From Elusimicrobiota bacterium (GTDB lineage Bacteria > CG03 > SLGR01 > JAGXOG01): a DNA stretch of 64,000 bases. Positions 35,759 to 45,211 of the stretch are shown here, piece by piece (the first letter of the stretch is position 1; every line of letters begins with the position of its first letter). The stretch is taken from assembly GCA_051745145.1 (NCBI GenBank), contig JBNJDT010000002.1, positions 1 through 64,000 on the forward strand, in the 5' to 3' direction. The notes beneath the pieces were generated by a model that was given only the letters and a program-made list of their open reading frames with translations, ran no database searches and was not told the origin of the DNA. The position numbers and the translations under genes are program-made.

Positions 35759-35786
35759 ATATTACTTTTTATTAAGGCTTTGTCAA
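35759..35786 (-). promoter_or_regulatory. rRNA operon promoter
   Basis: TTGACA-16 nt-TAATAT (16-bp spacer typical of rrn promoters), followed by boxA-like GATCATTGAAA. Confidence 0.75.
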
Positions 35787-35890
35787 GCCCGTACTACCCT
35801 TGCTTGAATCCCTGCTCTACTTTCCACTCAGTAAAGCTCTGTAGATTCTCCGCTTTACTTCTTTCCAGATTTAATTTCTATCCAGTTATT

Positions 35891-36871
35891 TTAGTTTTTT
35901 TTCTTATTTATAATTGTATTAAATTTTTTCTGTTTTTCAAGGTGTTCTTCATAAGTTTCACTAAATATATGGGTTCCGTCACCACGGGTAAAAAAGAACA
36001 AGTACTCCGTATCGGCAGGATACAGAGCTGCTTTTATAGAATCTAAACCGGGGTTACATATAGGAGTAGGAGGAAGTCCAGGATTTTTATACGTATTGTA
36101 CGGAGAATTAATTTCAAGATCCTTATAAGTCAAACTGCGCCGGTGTTTACCTAACGCAAATAGTATAGACGCGCAAGACTCCAGATAAATATTTTTCTTT
36201 AATCGTTTATGAAAAATGGCTGAAATTATTGGTCTTTCCCGGGAAACTCTAGCCTCTTTTTCAACTAAGGAGGCTAGGATAATTATCTCTTTTTTAGTAT
36301 ACCCCAACTTTTTAAGTCTCTCTTCATAATCACCTTTACCGGAAAAAGCTTTTTTAAAATTCTTATTAAACTGAGTAACCATAGCTGAAATGATTCTCTC
36401 TTTTGAAGTATTTTTTGTAAACTTATAAGTTTCCGGAAATAGAAAACCCCTCAAATCTTTTTTTTCCACCAGATTAATAAAATCTTTCCTACTTTTTATG
36501 ATCTCTCTATTTTCCAGCCGGACTGCTATCTGTTCTGTTGTAAATCCTTCCGGTATACTTACTTGTGTAAAAACATTGGGTCCATCAGTTAACTTTTTAG
36601 CTAATGAAAAATAATCTGATTTTAAGGAAACCCTGTAATTTCCTGCCTGTATTTTATTGGCATCGAAAAAATATTTTAAAATACCTAAAAATATATTGGG
36701 GTAATTGATTATATTTTTATCCTTCATACGTTTGACTATTTGATTAGCATTCATCCCCGGTTTAACTTCAAACTCTATATGTTTTCCTTCAGAAACAAAA
36801 GTAAAATAAAATATTCCCATAATAACTATTACAATTCCTATAAAACCGGTGATTTTAGTTTTAAGAGACAT
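35891..36871 (-). CDS. mltG: Endolytic transglycosylase MltG
   Basis: N-terminal TM, IPEG, GFLFPETY, ASLVEKEA, SPYNTY..PGLPPTPICNPG. Confidence 0.95.
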   Translation of the reverse strand: MSLKTKITGFIGIVIVIMGIFYFTFVSEGKHIEFEVKPGMNANQIVKRMKDKNIINYPNIFLGILKYFFDANKIQAGNYRVSLKSDYFSLAKKLTDGPNVFTQVSIPEGFTTEQIAVRLENREIIKSRKDFINLVEKKDLRGFLFPETYKFTKNTSKERIISAMVTQFNKNFKKAFSGKGDYEERLKKLGYTKKEIIILASLVEKEARVSRERPIISAIFHKRLKKNIYLESCASILFALGKHRRSLTYKDLEINSPYNTYKNPGLPPTPICNPGLDSIKAALYPADTEYLFFFTRGDGTHIFSETYEEHLEKQKKFNTIINKKKN

Positions 36872-38229
36872 TAGATTAGGGACGGTTTGTGATTTTCCAA
36901 CATATAATCTTCCAGTGATATAAACGAATAATCTTCTTGATAAAGTTGTTCTATCAATTTCAGTAGATCAACGGAACTGTCTGTCGTAATATCTACCGGC
37001 AGGACACTTTCTCCGCTTAATTCATCTAAAATAAAATCTCTATTATTATCTATAGGGGGGATTTCCCAATCTACCGGGACAAAATCAGTTTTTTTAATTT
37101 CCTGAATGATTCTTTTACTGTACCCGTTTTTTGAATAATACAGCGGTAAAACTACATATTTTAAGATATCTAAATTTTTCTCCCAGTCTTTAAGCTGTTT
37201 TGTTATATCATTATTTACATTTCCACTTCTAAAACCAATTTTATGATTTCCCAGCTGTTCCCGGACCCAACTTTCTAATTTTTTAGTATCACCAGGTGAG
37301 AGAAAAAAAGCTCCTTTTATGTCTAATTTTTTTAAAATACCTAAAACCTTTTTTATTCTCTGCTGGTCATATCCGATAAAAACAAAAGAGACGATTTTTT
37401 TATTATCCGGGGAGGAGCGACTTAATTTAATAAAAAACACAGAACTTCCAACCGTGGCAAATACAGTCAGTATTCCAATAAATTTTAAAGTATCGTTATC
37501 AGACTCAGTATTAAATTTGACATTTTCACCGTACGTTGTAAAAGTCCCCGTCAACAAACTCTGTTTAGAAGCTATTTTTGTTCCCTTAAATAAAGGTGGG
37601 CCTACTTCTGAAACAGTTTTAAATTTAAAACCTTTTTTCCGGTAAAAATCTATGATCTCAGGCAGGGCTTTTAAGGATTCTTTTGGCCCGTCATGCATCA
37701 TTATGAGTTCTGTCTCCCGGGGACTAGAAGTCACTCTCTCAAAAATCTTTCTTTTAGTGCTCCCTTCGTAAGTATCATTTGCGTGTCGGCTCCATAAAAC
37801 CATATGATATCCCTCTTCTCTGGCAATTTTAAGCACATCTTCAGTATATCTTCCACCTGGAGGACGAAAAAAACTAGTTTTTTTCCCTACAATATCATAA
37901 AGTAAAGAATTAAACTTATTTAGTTCCTTAAGAATATCATCTTTTTCTAAATTTATCAGCCGGGGGTGGGTATAAGTGTGATTCCCTATTTCAAAACCCT
38001 TCTTATATATTTTTTCAACTAACTGGGGGTGCTTCTCCATCATCTTACCTACCAGAAAAAAAGTTGCCGGAACCTTTTTATCTTCCAATACGGATATTAT
38101 TTTTTTTGTAGTTTCCGGCCGGGGACCGTCGTCGAAAGTTAAGACAACTGTACGGGCATAACCGGCATCAAAGGAAATGCTTAAAAATAAAACTGGTAAT
38201 ATAAAATACTTTTTAGCTGAATCCAACAT
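36871..38229 (-). CDS. Polysaccharide deacetylase (NodB/CE4) with TM helix and a second degenerate NodB-like domain
   Basis: LTFDDGP, GNHTYTHP, FRPPGG, MHDG; TM FIGILTVFATVGSSVFFI; then the ILKKLDIKGAFFL...YSFISLED pattern. Confidence 0.82.
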   Translation of the reverse strand: MLDSAKKYFILPVLFLSISFDAGYARTVVLTFDDGPRPETTKKIISVLEDKKVPATFFLVGKMMEKHPQLVEKIYKKGFEIGNHTYTHPRLINLEKDDILKELNKFNSLLYDIVGKKTSFFRPPGGRYTEDVLKIAREEGYHMVLWSRHANDTYEGSTKRKIFERVTSSPRETELIMMHDGPKESLKALPEIIDFYRKKGFKFKTVSEVGPPLFKGTKIASKQSLLTGTFTTYGENVKFNTESDNDTLKFIGILTVFATVGSSVFFIKLSRSSPDNKKIVSFVFIGYDQQRIKKVLGILKKLDIKGAFFLSPGDTKKLESWVREQLGNHKIGFRSGNVNNDITKQLKDWEKNLDILKYVVLPLYYSKNGYSKRIIQEIKKTDFVPVDWEIPPIDNNRDFILDELSGESVLPVDITTDSSVDLLKLIEQLYQEDYSFISLEDYMLENHKPSLI

Positions 38230-38779
38230 GTTTAATAGTAGAATACTGAGATCCGCTGCTTTTAAGTGTACTCTTTATAAGGTCCAGGTTATTTACAGAT
38301 AAATTTTGCGGTCTTACTTTTATATTATTAAAAACCTCAACTATCCGGGATTTCTTAGAGTATTTCTTTATTCTTCCAAAGGTAAGGTGGGGGATATATG
38401 GGCGACCCTCCGGTTTAAAACCCAGCCCGGTCAACTGCCGGTTAATATGTTTTTGCAATTTCTGTAATTCGGCGGGAATATTATCACACCCAACCCACAG
38501 AACCCGCGGGCGGGAAGGCTTTGGGAATATTCCGGTCCGGTTAAATTCAATATTGAAGGGGGAAATATTTTGAGCAGCTTTTTTTAATTTATTATTTATT
38601 AAGGGTAATTTTGCTTTTTTTGTTTCCCCCAAAAATTTAACGGTAAGATGTATTTTATCCGGTTTAACCCACTTAATTTTCAACTTTTTATTTTCCACTT
38701 TATTTTTTAGTTTACTCTGAATACGGTGTATTTCTTTCTTAATACTATTATTTAAATAAATACCGACAAATAACCTCAT
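38213..38779 (-). CDS. thpR: RNA 2',3'-cyclic phosphodiesterase
   Basis: MRLFVGI, two HxT motifs (HLTVKFLG, PHLTFGR), PRVLW. Confidence 0.93.
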   Translation of the reverse strand: MRLFVGIYLNNSIKKEIHRIQSKLKNKVENKKLKIKWVKPDKIHLTVKFLGETKKAKLPLINNKLKKAAQNISPFNIEFNRTGIFPKPSRPRVLWVGCDNIPAELQKLQKHINRQLTGLGFKPEGRPYIPHLTFGRIKKYSKKSRIVEVFNNIKVRPQNLSVNNLDLIKSTLKSSGSQYSTIKHVGFS

Positions 38780-38781
38780 CC

Positions 38782-40038
38782 TTATCTATTTTCCAAATAT
38801 TTTCTTAACATATCCAGTGATTTATAGGCAAATTTCTCTTTTATATCTTTGCGGGTCCCGTTAAAATTAACTTTTTTAACTTTTACTTTCCCGCCGGTCT
38901 TTAACCCTATATAACCTTCCCCGGGTTCGCTGTTACTTGAACTTTTTGGTCCTGCAAAGCCTGTTACAGAAAGAGTAATATCTGCTCCTGTTTTTTCCAT
39001 AATATTTTCTGCCATTTTACCGGCCACCCCCTGAGAAACCGCGCCATTATCTTCAATTATTTTTTTATCTATGTTTAAAATATCTTTTTTTGCTTGATTG
39101 GAATAGGTAACCATGCCTGTAATAAAATAAATAGAACTTCCCGGAGCATCCGTAATTTTTGAACTAAGCAAGCCACCGGTGCAGGATTCAGCCACAGCTA
39201 ATTTTTTACGTTGACTGGTAAGTAATTTCCCCACAACTTCTTGTAGCGTTTCACCGTCTTCACCATATATATAAGACTCAATTTCACCGTATATTTCATC
39301 TTTTATCTTATGGAGTAATTCATCTACAAGAATTTCATTCCCCCCGTGACAGGAAATAACTATATCCACTCCCGCCAAAGTCTGCCGGAAATAAAAATCA
39401 ATTTCACTTTCTTCCAGATGCCGTTCGGTTTCTATTACTTCTTTTAATAATTCCGCCAGCTCACCCTCGCACAAACCGGTAGTCCGGAGTGATTTTTCCT
39501 TTCTTATTTCCGTAGTAAAATTTGAAAGGACAGACTTATCCACACGCTTATTTAAAATATAATTAACTTCCGCTGGCGGACCGGGAAGAATTAAGAGTAA
39601 TTTTTTATCAACTTTTATTAACTGTCCGGGAGCGCTGCCTTTTTTATTTTTTAATACCTTAGCACCATTTAGAACCTCTGCCTGGTCGTCACAATGCCGG
39701 GGAACTTCTAAATCCCGGCGGGAAAAATAAGCGGCCACGTTTTCCATAGCTTTCCTGGAAAATTTAAGTTCTATATCCAAAAATTCGGATACCGCTACGC
39801 GGGTATTATCATCAGGCGTAGATCCGGTTCCCCCTATAATAATAATGAAAGAACTTCTTGAGAAAGTTTCTTTGAGAACCTGTTTTATCTGTTTTTTTCT
39901 GTCACCAGTGTGGGTGATACGGGATATATCAACGCCCTGTCCGCTTAAAATCCGGGCAGCAAGATATGAACTCTCCCCCCCCTGACCGGATAAAATTTCG
40001 TTACCAACACTAATTATTTCACATTTTTTTGCTTTCAT
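38782..40038 (-). CDS. cinA: CinA family protein (MocF-like N-domain plus NMN deamidase PncC)
   Basis: VGNEIL, GSAPG, LPGPP; C-domain AVAESCTGG, GSS, GAVS, TGFAGP. Confidence 0.9.
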   Translation of the reverse strand: MKAKKCEIISVGNEILSGQGGESSYLAARILSGQGVDISRITHTGDRKKQIKQVLKETFSRSSFIIIIGGTGSTPDDNTRVAVSEFLDIELKFSRKAMENVAAYFSRRDLEVPRHCDDQAEVLNGAKVLKNKKGSAPGQLIKVDKKLLLILPGPPAEVNYILNKRVDKSVLSNFTTEIRKEKSLRTTGLCEGELAELLKEVIETERHLEESEIDFYFRQTLAGVDIVISCHGGNEILVDELLHKIKDEIYGEIESYIYGEDGETLQEVVGKLLTSQRKKLAVAESCTGGLLSSKITDAPGSSIYFITGMVTYSNQAKKDILNIDKKIIEDNGAVSQGVAGKMAENIMEKTGADITLSVTGFAGPKSSSNSEPGEGYIGLKTGGKVKVKKVNFNGTRKDIKEKFAYKSLDMLRKYLENR

Positions 40039-40075
40039 TTTAAATAGTTAACTTATAAATTTAATTTTTTGATAT

Positions 40076-41587
40076 TTATTCCGAATATTTCTCTATCCAG
40101 TCCCTACCGGAAACTACTAAGGCAGCTACTAAAGTAAGGCCCAGCCAGCTACTGCCAAGCAATATCAGCCATTTAACGGAATAGCCCTCATAGGCCTCGG
40201 AAAATTCCCCGGCAAGACTGTATATTAAAATTACCGCTAAAATAAGCGGTGTTACAAATTTAACGGAAATATCCCACCACCGGCCCAAATTAATACGGGA
40301 GACACTGTTGACATGATCTCTCATCTTTTCGGCTTTAAAATACCAGCCTATTACAAGACATTCCAGTATTCCTACCGTAACCAGGCCGTAATTAGTGATA
40401 AAATGATCCACTATATCCAGCCAGTAAAGACCGCCGCCGGTGGTAAATATAATTCCCCCGACAAAAGCGACAAGACACAGAACAGATACCACTTTTTTTC
40501 GGGAATAATGAAATTTATCCATTACCGAAGAAGTAAATGCTTCCAGGATAGATATGGAAGAAGATAAGCCGGCAAAGACAAGTATGGTAAAAAATATTAC
40601 GCCGAAAATCCTGGCAAACCGAGGGATTAAAGATATAGCCTGTGGAAAAGCTACAAAAGCAAGCCCTATGGAATCCGTAACCACATCCTCTATAGGCACC
40701 CCCTGCTGGGCCGCCATATAACCCAAAGTACCAAAAACCGCAAAACCCACAATAATTGAATATATACAGTTGGACACGGAAGCCACTATGGCACTACCGG
40801 TTAAATCCGTTTCCGGCGGAAGATAAGATGAATAGGCAATCATTATCCCAAAACCTATAGACAGAGTAAAGAATATTTGAGAGAAAGCGTCAATCCAGAC
40901 TCTGGGTTTTGCTAAAGTAGAAAAATCGGGACGAAGATACTGAGCTATTCCCCTCCCGGCTCCGGGTAAATTTACAGACCATATAACAAGTATAATGGTA
41001 AGTAAAAGCATAACGGGCATAAGTATTTTTGTGGCCCGTTCTATACCTTTTTCTATACCGAAATAAACAATCCCCCAGTTTATCAGCCAGATAAATAACA
41101 ATCCCAAGAGAACCGGAAACATTACTCCCCCCAGCTCTCCAGGCCCTCCGGTTACACTGAGAAATTCGTTAAAGAAAAATGTATTCGGATCCGTTCCCCA
41201 GGAAATAGTTACCGAATGAAGAACATAATTCAGACTCCAGGAAATAATTACCGCATAATAAATAACTATACCGAACATCACCAGCAAGACCGGCCACCAG
41301 CCCAACCACTCCCATTTTTTAGAAATCTTTTTAAAACTTTTAGGAGCAGAACCTTTCTGACTGTGTCCCAGACCAAATTCAAGTATTAAAAGGGGGATAC
41401 CCACCAAAATTAAAGCCAAAAAATAAGGTATAAGAAATGCTCCGCCTCCATGTCTGTAACACAGATATGAAAATCGCCATATATTTCCCAGACCGACCGC
41501 GGACCCTATGGCAGCAAGTAAAAACCCCGTTTTTGTCTTCCATTGAGCTCTATGTTTATCCGTAAAATATTCTTTCTTATTAGACAT
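40076..41587 (-). CDS. Sodium-dependent transporter (neurotransmitter:sodium symporter family)
   Basis: AAIGSAVGLGNIWRF, GGGAFLIPY, QIFFTLS.GFG, GLAFVAFP. Confidence 0.93.
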   Translation of the reverse strand: MSNKKEYFTDKHRAQWKTKTGFLLAAIGSAVGLGNIWRFSYLCYRHGGGAFLIPYFLALILVGIPLLILEFGLGHSQKGSAPKSFKKISKKWEWLGWWPVLLVMFGIVIYYAVIISWSLNYVLHSVTISWGTDPNTFFFNEFLSVTGGPGELGGVMFPVLLGLLFIWLINWGIVYFGIEKGIERATKILMPVMLLLTIILVIWSVNLPGAGRGIAQYLRPDFSTLAKPRVWIDAFSQIFFTLSIGFGIMIAYSSYLPPETDLTGSAIVASVSNCIYSIIVGFAVFGTLGYMAAQQGVPIEDVVTDSIGLAFVAFPQAISLIPRFARIFGVIFFTILVFAGLSSSISILEAFTSSVMDKFHYSRKKVVSVLCLVAFVGGIIFTTGGGLYWLDIVDHFITNYGLVTVGILECLVIGWYFKAEKMRDHVNSVSRINLGRWWDISVKFVTPLILAVILIYSLAGEFSEAYEGYSVKWLILLGSSWLGLTLVAALVVSGRDWIEKYSE

Positions 41588-41596
41588 AATTATTTC

Positions 41597-41625
41597 ATAC
41601 TACAAAAATTGTTTTGTATTTTCAA
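41597..41625 (-). promoter_or_regulatory. Sigma70-type promoter for the NSS transporter
   Basis: TTGAAA-17 nt-TAGTAT, 9 nt before ATG 41587. Confidence 0.55.
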
Positions 41626-41681
41626 GCTATTACATATGGTGGGAATTAACAAACTATAATAATTGAAGATAAACTGTATCT

Positions 41682-42371
41682 TTATTTTCTAATCTTGTGC
41701 TTTAATATAAAAATTTTCACTTTATCAATAAGATTAATTTTATCGAAATGAATACCGTATCCAAAAGTTCCGTCAGATATTTTATGAACTCTCTTTATTT
41801 TACCGGTAAAAATAAAGTTTTTTACATTGCAGGGCTCAAAATCAACTTTTATCTCCTTTCCTATTCCGAATTTTTGTTTCTCACATTTAAGTATTAACCC
41901 TGACATATTTAAATCCACAACTTCCCCGATAAAATTTTTTGACGGTTCATTTACACTTTTAATTTTAGCTTCGCACAGTGTTTCTACCTTGGGATGTCTT
42001 TTATTTGATGGAATATCGTGTTCATGTACTTTAAATTTTCCTACTTCTTTTATCAAAAAATGCATTTTTATTCTGTCAATAAAATTATGATTATTATCAA
42101 ACTCTACATCATAACATAAAGTACCGTTTTCGTGTTCCCGAATTCGTCTTATGCGTCCTTCAAGTATAAGAATATCTTTTTTTTGAGAATTAGAAAACAT
42201 TATTTCAACTTCTTCGCCCTGGGTAAATTTCCCTTCAGCACATTCAAATTCCAAACCGTCAGATCCCATATCAATGACCACTGAGCGAACCGGATTTTTA
42301 GTTAAATCAGGTTTCATAACATCTGCAAATAGCAAAGTTTTTTTTCTGTGCTCTTTTACTTCTTTTATCAT
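41682..42371 (-). CDS. Tandem PilZ-like domain protein
   Basis: Two internal repeats with (D/N)xSxxG-like motifs IDMGSDG and VDLNMSG, ending YDVEF/YGIHF and NFIDRIK/NLIDKVK. Start placed at ATG 42371 (AAGGGA SD). Confidence 0.72.
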   Translation of the reverse strand: MIKEVKEHRKKTLLFADVMKPDLTKNPVRSVVIDMGSDGLEFECAEGKFTQGEEVEIMFSNSQKKDILILEGRIRRIREHENGTLCYDVEFDNNHNFIDRIKMHFLIKEVGKFKVHEHDIPSNKRHPKVETLCEAKIKSVNEPSKNFIGEVVDLNMSGLILKCEKQKFGIGKEIKVDFEPCNVKNFIFTGKIKRVHKISDGTFGYGIHFDKINLIDKVKIFILKHKIRK

Positions 42372-42417
42372 TTTATATCCCTTCATTAAAATGATAATAT
42401 ATTAAGAAAAGCCTGTC

Positions 42418-42433
42418 TGTGACCCCAATCACA
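42418..42433. promoter_or_regulatory. CRP/FNR-family operator
   Basis: Perfect TGTGA-N6-TCACA (tgtgaccccaatcaca); minus-strand -10 TATCAT at 42391-42396. Confidence 0.65.
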
Positions 42434-42538
42434 AAATTTATAAATTCCCCGATCTGTCCTGTATAAATACTATATTCTAAACTAATACGAAAAGAAGGCT
42501 GGGGGGTAAAGAATGACGGGAAGAATTAATTTATAAAA

Positions 42539-43765
42539 TCAGTCTTCTAAAAGGGCGCAGTATTCTCCGCACATGGTACAAGCTCTGTCATCTCTTTGGG
42601 GGAATTTCTGTTTTGTTTTTTTTACCGTCTCGGGATCAAGAGCATATTTTTCCATTTTATCCCAATCTAAATTTTTCCGGGCCACTGATATTTTATCATC
42701 TCCATCCCTGATATTATCCAGTCCTCTTGCTATATCCGCACTGTGCGCTGCAATTTTAGAAGCTATTACCCCTCTTTTTACATCATCGTTTTCAGGAAGG
42801 TGTAGATGCTCCGCCGGGGTTACATAACAAAGATAATCTGCTCCTTTCCAGGCTGCCAGAGCCCCCCCTATTGCACCGGTAATATGGTCATATCCGGCTC
42901 CAAGATCTGTAGTCAAAGGACCCAAAACATAAAACGGCGCGCTGTCACATAATTCTTTTTCTCTTTTTACGTTTTCCTCTATTTTATCAAGGGGAACATG
43001 TCCGGGGCCTTCAATCATTACCTGTACTCCCTTTTCCCGGCACCGGCGAGTCAATTCTCCTAAAACACTCAATTCTTCATACTGGGGTGCATCAGAAGCA
43101 TCCGCCAGACAACCCGGCCTTAAACCGTCACCCAGAGAAAGAGTTATATCATATTTTTTAGCTATATCCATAATCCGGTCAAAATTTTCATAGAGAGGAT
43201 TTTGAGCATCATTTTTTTTCATCCACCGGTAAAGCAGTTTACCTCCCCGTGATACAATACCTCCCAAACGGTTACTTTCATCATATACTTGAGCTACCTG
43301 ACGGGTTACACCCGAATGAACAGTCATAAAATCCACTCCCATTTCCCCCTGTTTCTGAATGATATCTATAAATTCATCAGGTTTTAAGTCGGACATTTTT
43401 CCTTCCTTACAGACTGCTGCATAAACCGGAACAGTGCCTACCGGTACGGGAGAAATTTTTAGAATACGGGTAAGTATTGCCTGCCAGTCCTTCCCTATTG
43501 TTAAATCCATAACCGTATCCGCTCCGTATTTAACGGCTATTTTAAGCTTATTAATTTCTTCTTTAATATTACTGATATCCGGAGACCCGCCAATATTTGC
43601 ATTTATTTTAACTTTAAGACCCTCTCCTATAGCAGTGGGTATATTAATATCTTTACGTTTATTATTAAGCGGGATAACAACCTTTCCCCGTTCCTTCTTT
43701 TTCATCAGTTCTTCCGGAGAAATACTCTCCTGTTCACAAATTTTCTCTATATATTTATCTGTCAT
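42539..43765 (-). CDS. thiC: Phosphomethylpyrimidine synthase
   Basis: KINANIG, GADTVMDL, GIVSRGG, SLGDGLRPG, EGPGH, YVTPAEHL, CTMCGEYC. Confidence 0.96.
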   Translation of the reverse strand: MTDKYIEKICEQESISPEELMKKKERGKVVIPLNNKRKDINIPTAIGEGLKVKINANIGGSPDISNIKEEINKLKIAVKYGADTVMDLTIGKDWQAILTRILKISPVPVGTVPVYAAVCKEGKMSDLKPDEFIDIIQKQGEMGVDFMTVHSGVTRQVAQVYDESNRLGGIVSRGGKLLYRWMKKNDAQNPLYENFDRIMDIAKKYDITLSLGDGLRPGCLADASDAPQYEELSVLGELTRRCREKGVQVMIEGPGHVPLDKIEENVKREKELCDSAPFYVLGPLTTDLGAGYDHITGAIGGALAAWKGADYLCYVTPAEHLHLPENDDVKRGVIASKIAAHSADIARGLDNIRDGDDKISVARKNLDWDKMEKYALDPETVKKTKQKFPQRDDRACTMCGEYCALLED

Positions 43766-43766
43766 T

Positions 43767-44186
43767 TTAATTTTCCTTCTCTTTTACAGTGCGATATTCT
43801 TGATAAAATTTTTTTTCTATTTTATAAACATCAAACCGCATTTTTTTAAACTCATAAGCTGCAGCAGGTCCTATTAATTTCCCCATTTCTTCTAAAACCC
43901 TCAGTCCTTCCTTAACCCTGTTGAAACTGGCCCCGGGGATATCGGATTCGCGACTGCGACTACCTTCTTTTTTATCAGCCAGAATATCTTCCCCCGAATC
44001 CCGGCCCCTGATAATCTCCGGATATTTAGCTTTAACCGTCGACCACAGATTGTGTCTATTCTTTCTTAAATCTTTAGTTAAATCGGTGCTATTCATATAA
44101 AATCGGGCCCAGTCCTCTATTACTCTGAGTCCTTCACCGACTCTATTTATATTGGCATCCAGAATTGCACGTTTTTTATTCAACAT
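43767..44186 (-). CDS. Stand-alone ThiD2-like domain (N-terminal domain of cyanobacterial-type ThiE)
   Basis: ILDANINRVGEGLRVIED...RD...D...NRVKEGLRVLEE...RFDVY; adjacent to thiC. Confidence 0.8.
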   Translation of the reverse strand: MLNKKRAILDANINRVGEGLRVIEDWARFYMNSTDLTKDLRKNRHNLWSTVKAKYPEIIRGRDSGEDILADKKEGSRSRESDIPGASFNRVKEGLRVLEEMGKLIGPAAAYEFKKMRFDVYKIEKKFYQEYRTVKEKEN

Positions 44187-44647
44187 AAAGTTTCTCTTAT
44201 CTTTTCTATTATTGAAGTCGTAGAGTACCCGTATTTCATTTTTACTCTCCGGGTATCTTTAGCAATATTTTCGCCTACAATTTCCCCGTTTTTGTATTCG
44301 CCACCTTTTACCAAAACATCCGGTCTAATTTTTTTTATTATATTCAAAGGAGTGTCTTCACTAAAAATCATCACATAATCTACGGGTTTAAGGGAACTGA
44401 CTAGCTCAGCCCGGTCCCTCTCATTTAGAATGGGCCTATCTTGACCTTTTAACCGTTTTACAGAAGAGTCGCTGTTTAATCCGACTACCAGGAATTCCCC
44501 CATAGCAGCCGCTTTTTTTAAAATATGAACGTGACCGGGATGAATAATGTCAAAACAACCGTTAGTAAAAACAATTTTTTTATTCTCTCTTACTTTATCA
44601 AGTTCTTTAGTAAAAATATCTATATCGGAAAATATTATATCGGACAT
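44180..44647 (-). CDS. rfaE2: D-glycero-beta-D-manno-heptose 1-phosphate adenylyltransferase
   Basis: VFTNGCFDIIHPGH, GLNSD.SVKRLKG..RP, VKGGEY, STT. Confidence 0.93.
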   Translation of the reverse strand: MSDIIFSDIDIFTKELDKVRENKKIVFTNGCFDIIHPGHVHILKKAAAMGEFLVVGLNSDSSVKRLKGQDRPILNERDRAELVSSLKPVDYVMIFSEDTPLNIIKKIRPDVLVKGGEYKNGEIVGENIAKDTRRVKMKYGYSTTSIIEKIRETLC

Positions 44648-45211
44648 TTAAGCTAATTTTTCTTCAACCAGATAGCATAAAATATGGCCTACCGTTATAT
44701 GGCACTCCTGAATATGGGAAGTTACCGTAGTGGAAGGCGAAATTAAAATATCACCGAATTCATCCAGTTTGCCGGGGTTTTTCCCTTTTAAAACTATAAC
44801 CGGCAGCCCCATTTTTTTTGCCTTTCCGGCTCCACGGACAACATTGGCGGAATTCCCCGAAGTTGATATAGCTATAACGAGATCCTTCTTTTTCCCCAGA
44901 GCTTCAAGCTGTCTTTCAAAAACAGTTTCAAAATTAAAGTCATTGCTTATAGCGGTAAGTTCACTGGTATTTGTGGTAAGGGCTATAGCCGGAAAGGGAT
45001 TGCGTTTTTTTCTGAATTTAACTACTAATTCTGTGGCTATGTGCTGAGAATCAGCTGCCGATCCTCCGTTTCCGAAAATTATGACCTTTCCGCCGGCCTG
45101 ATAGGTACTGATAATTTTTTGAGCTGCTTTTTCTATCTCAGGAATTTCTGTTTTTAAAGCCTGTATTTTAGAAGCTGCTTTCCCTATATAACTTTTTATA
45201 TCGTTTTCCAT
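44648..45211 (-). CDS. gmhA: Phosphoheptose isomerase
   Basis: GNGGSAADSQH, ND..F, ISTSGNS, IQECH. Confidence 0.95.
   Translation of the reverse strand: MENDIKSYIGKAASKIQALKTEIPEIEKAAQKIISTYQAGGKVIIFGNGGSAADSQHIATELVVKFRKKRNPFPAIALTTNTSELTAISNDFNFETVFERQLEALGKKKDLVIAISTSGNSANVVRGAGKAKKMGLPVIVLKGKNPGKLDEFGDILISPSTTVTSHIQECHITVGHILCYLVEEKLA

Noticed and set aside
42387..42538. Riboswitch (TPP or c-di-GMP) near thiC or the PilZ gene
   Set aside because: The region is downstream of thiC and lacks the conserved aptamer motifs on either strand.
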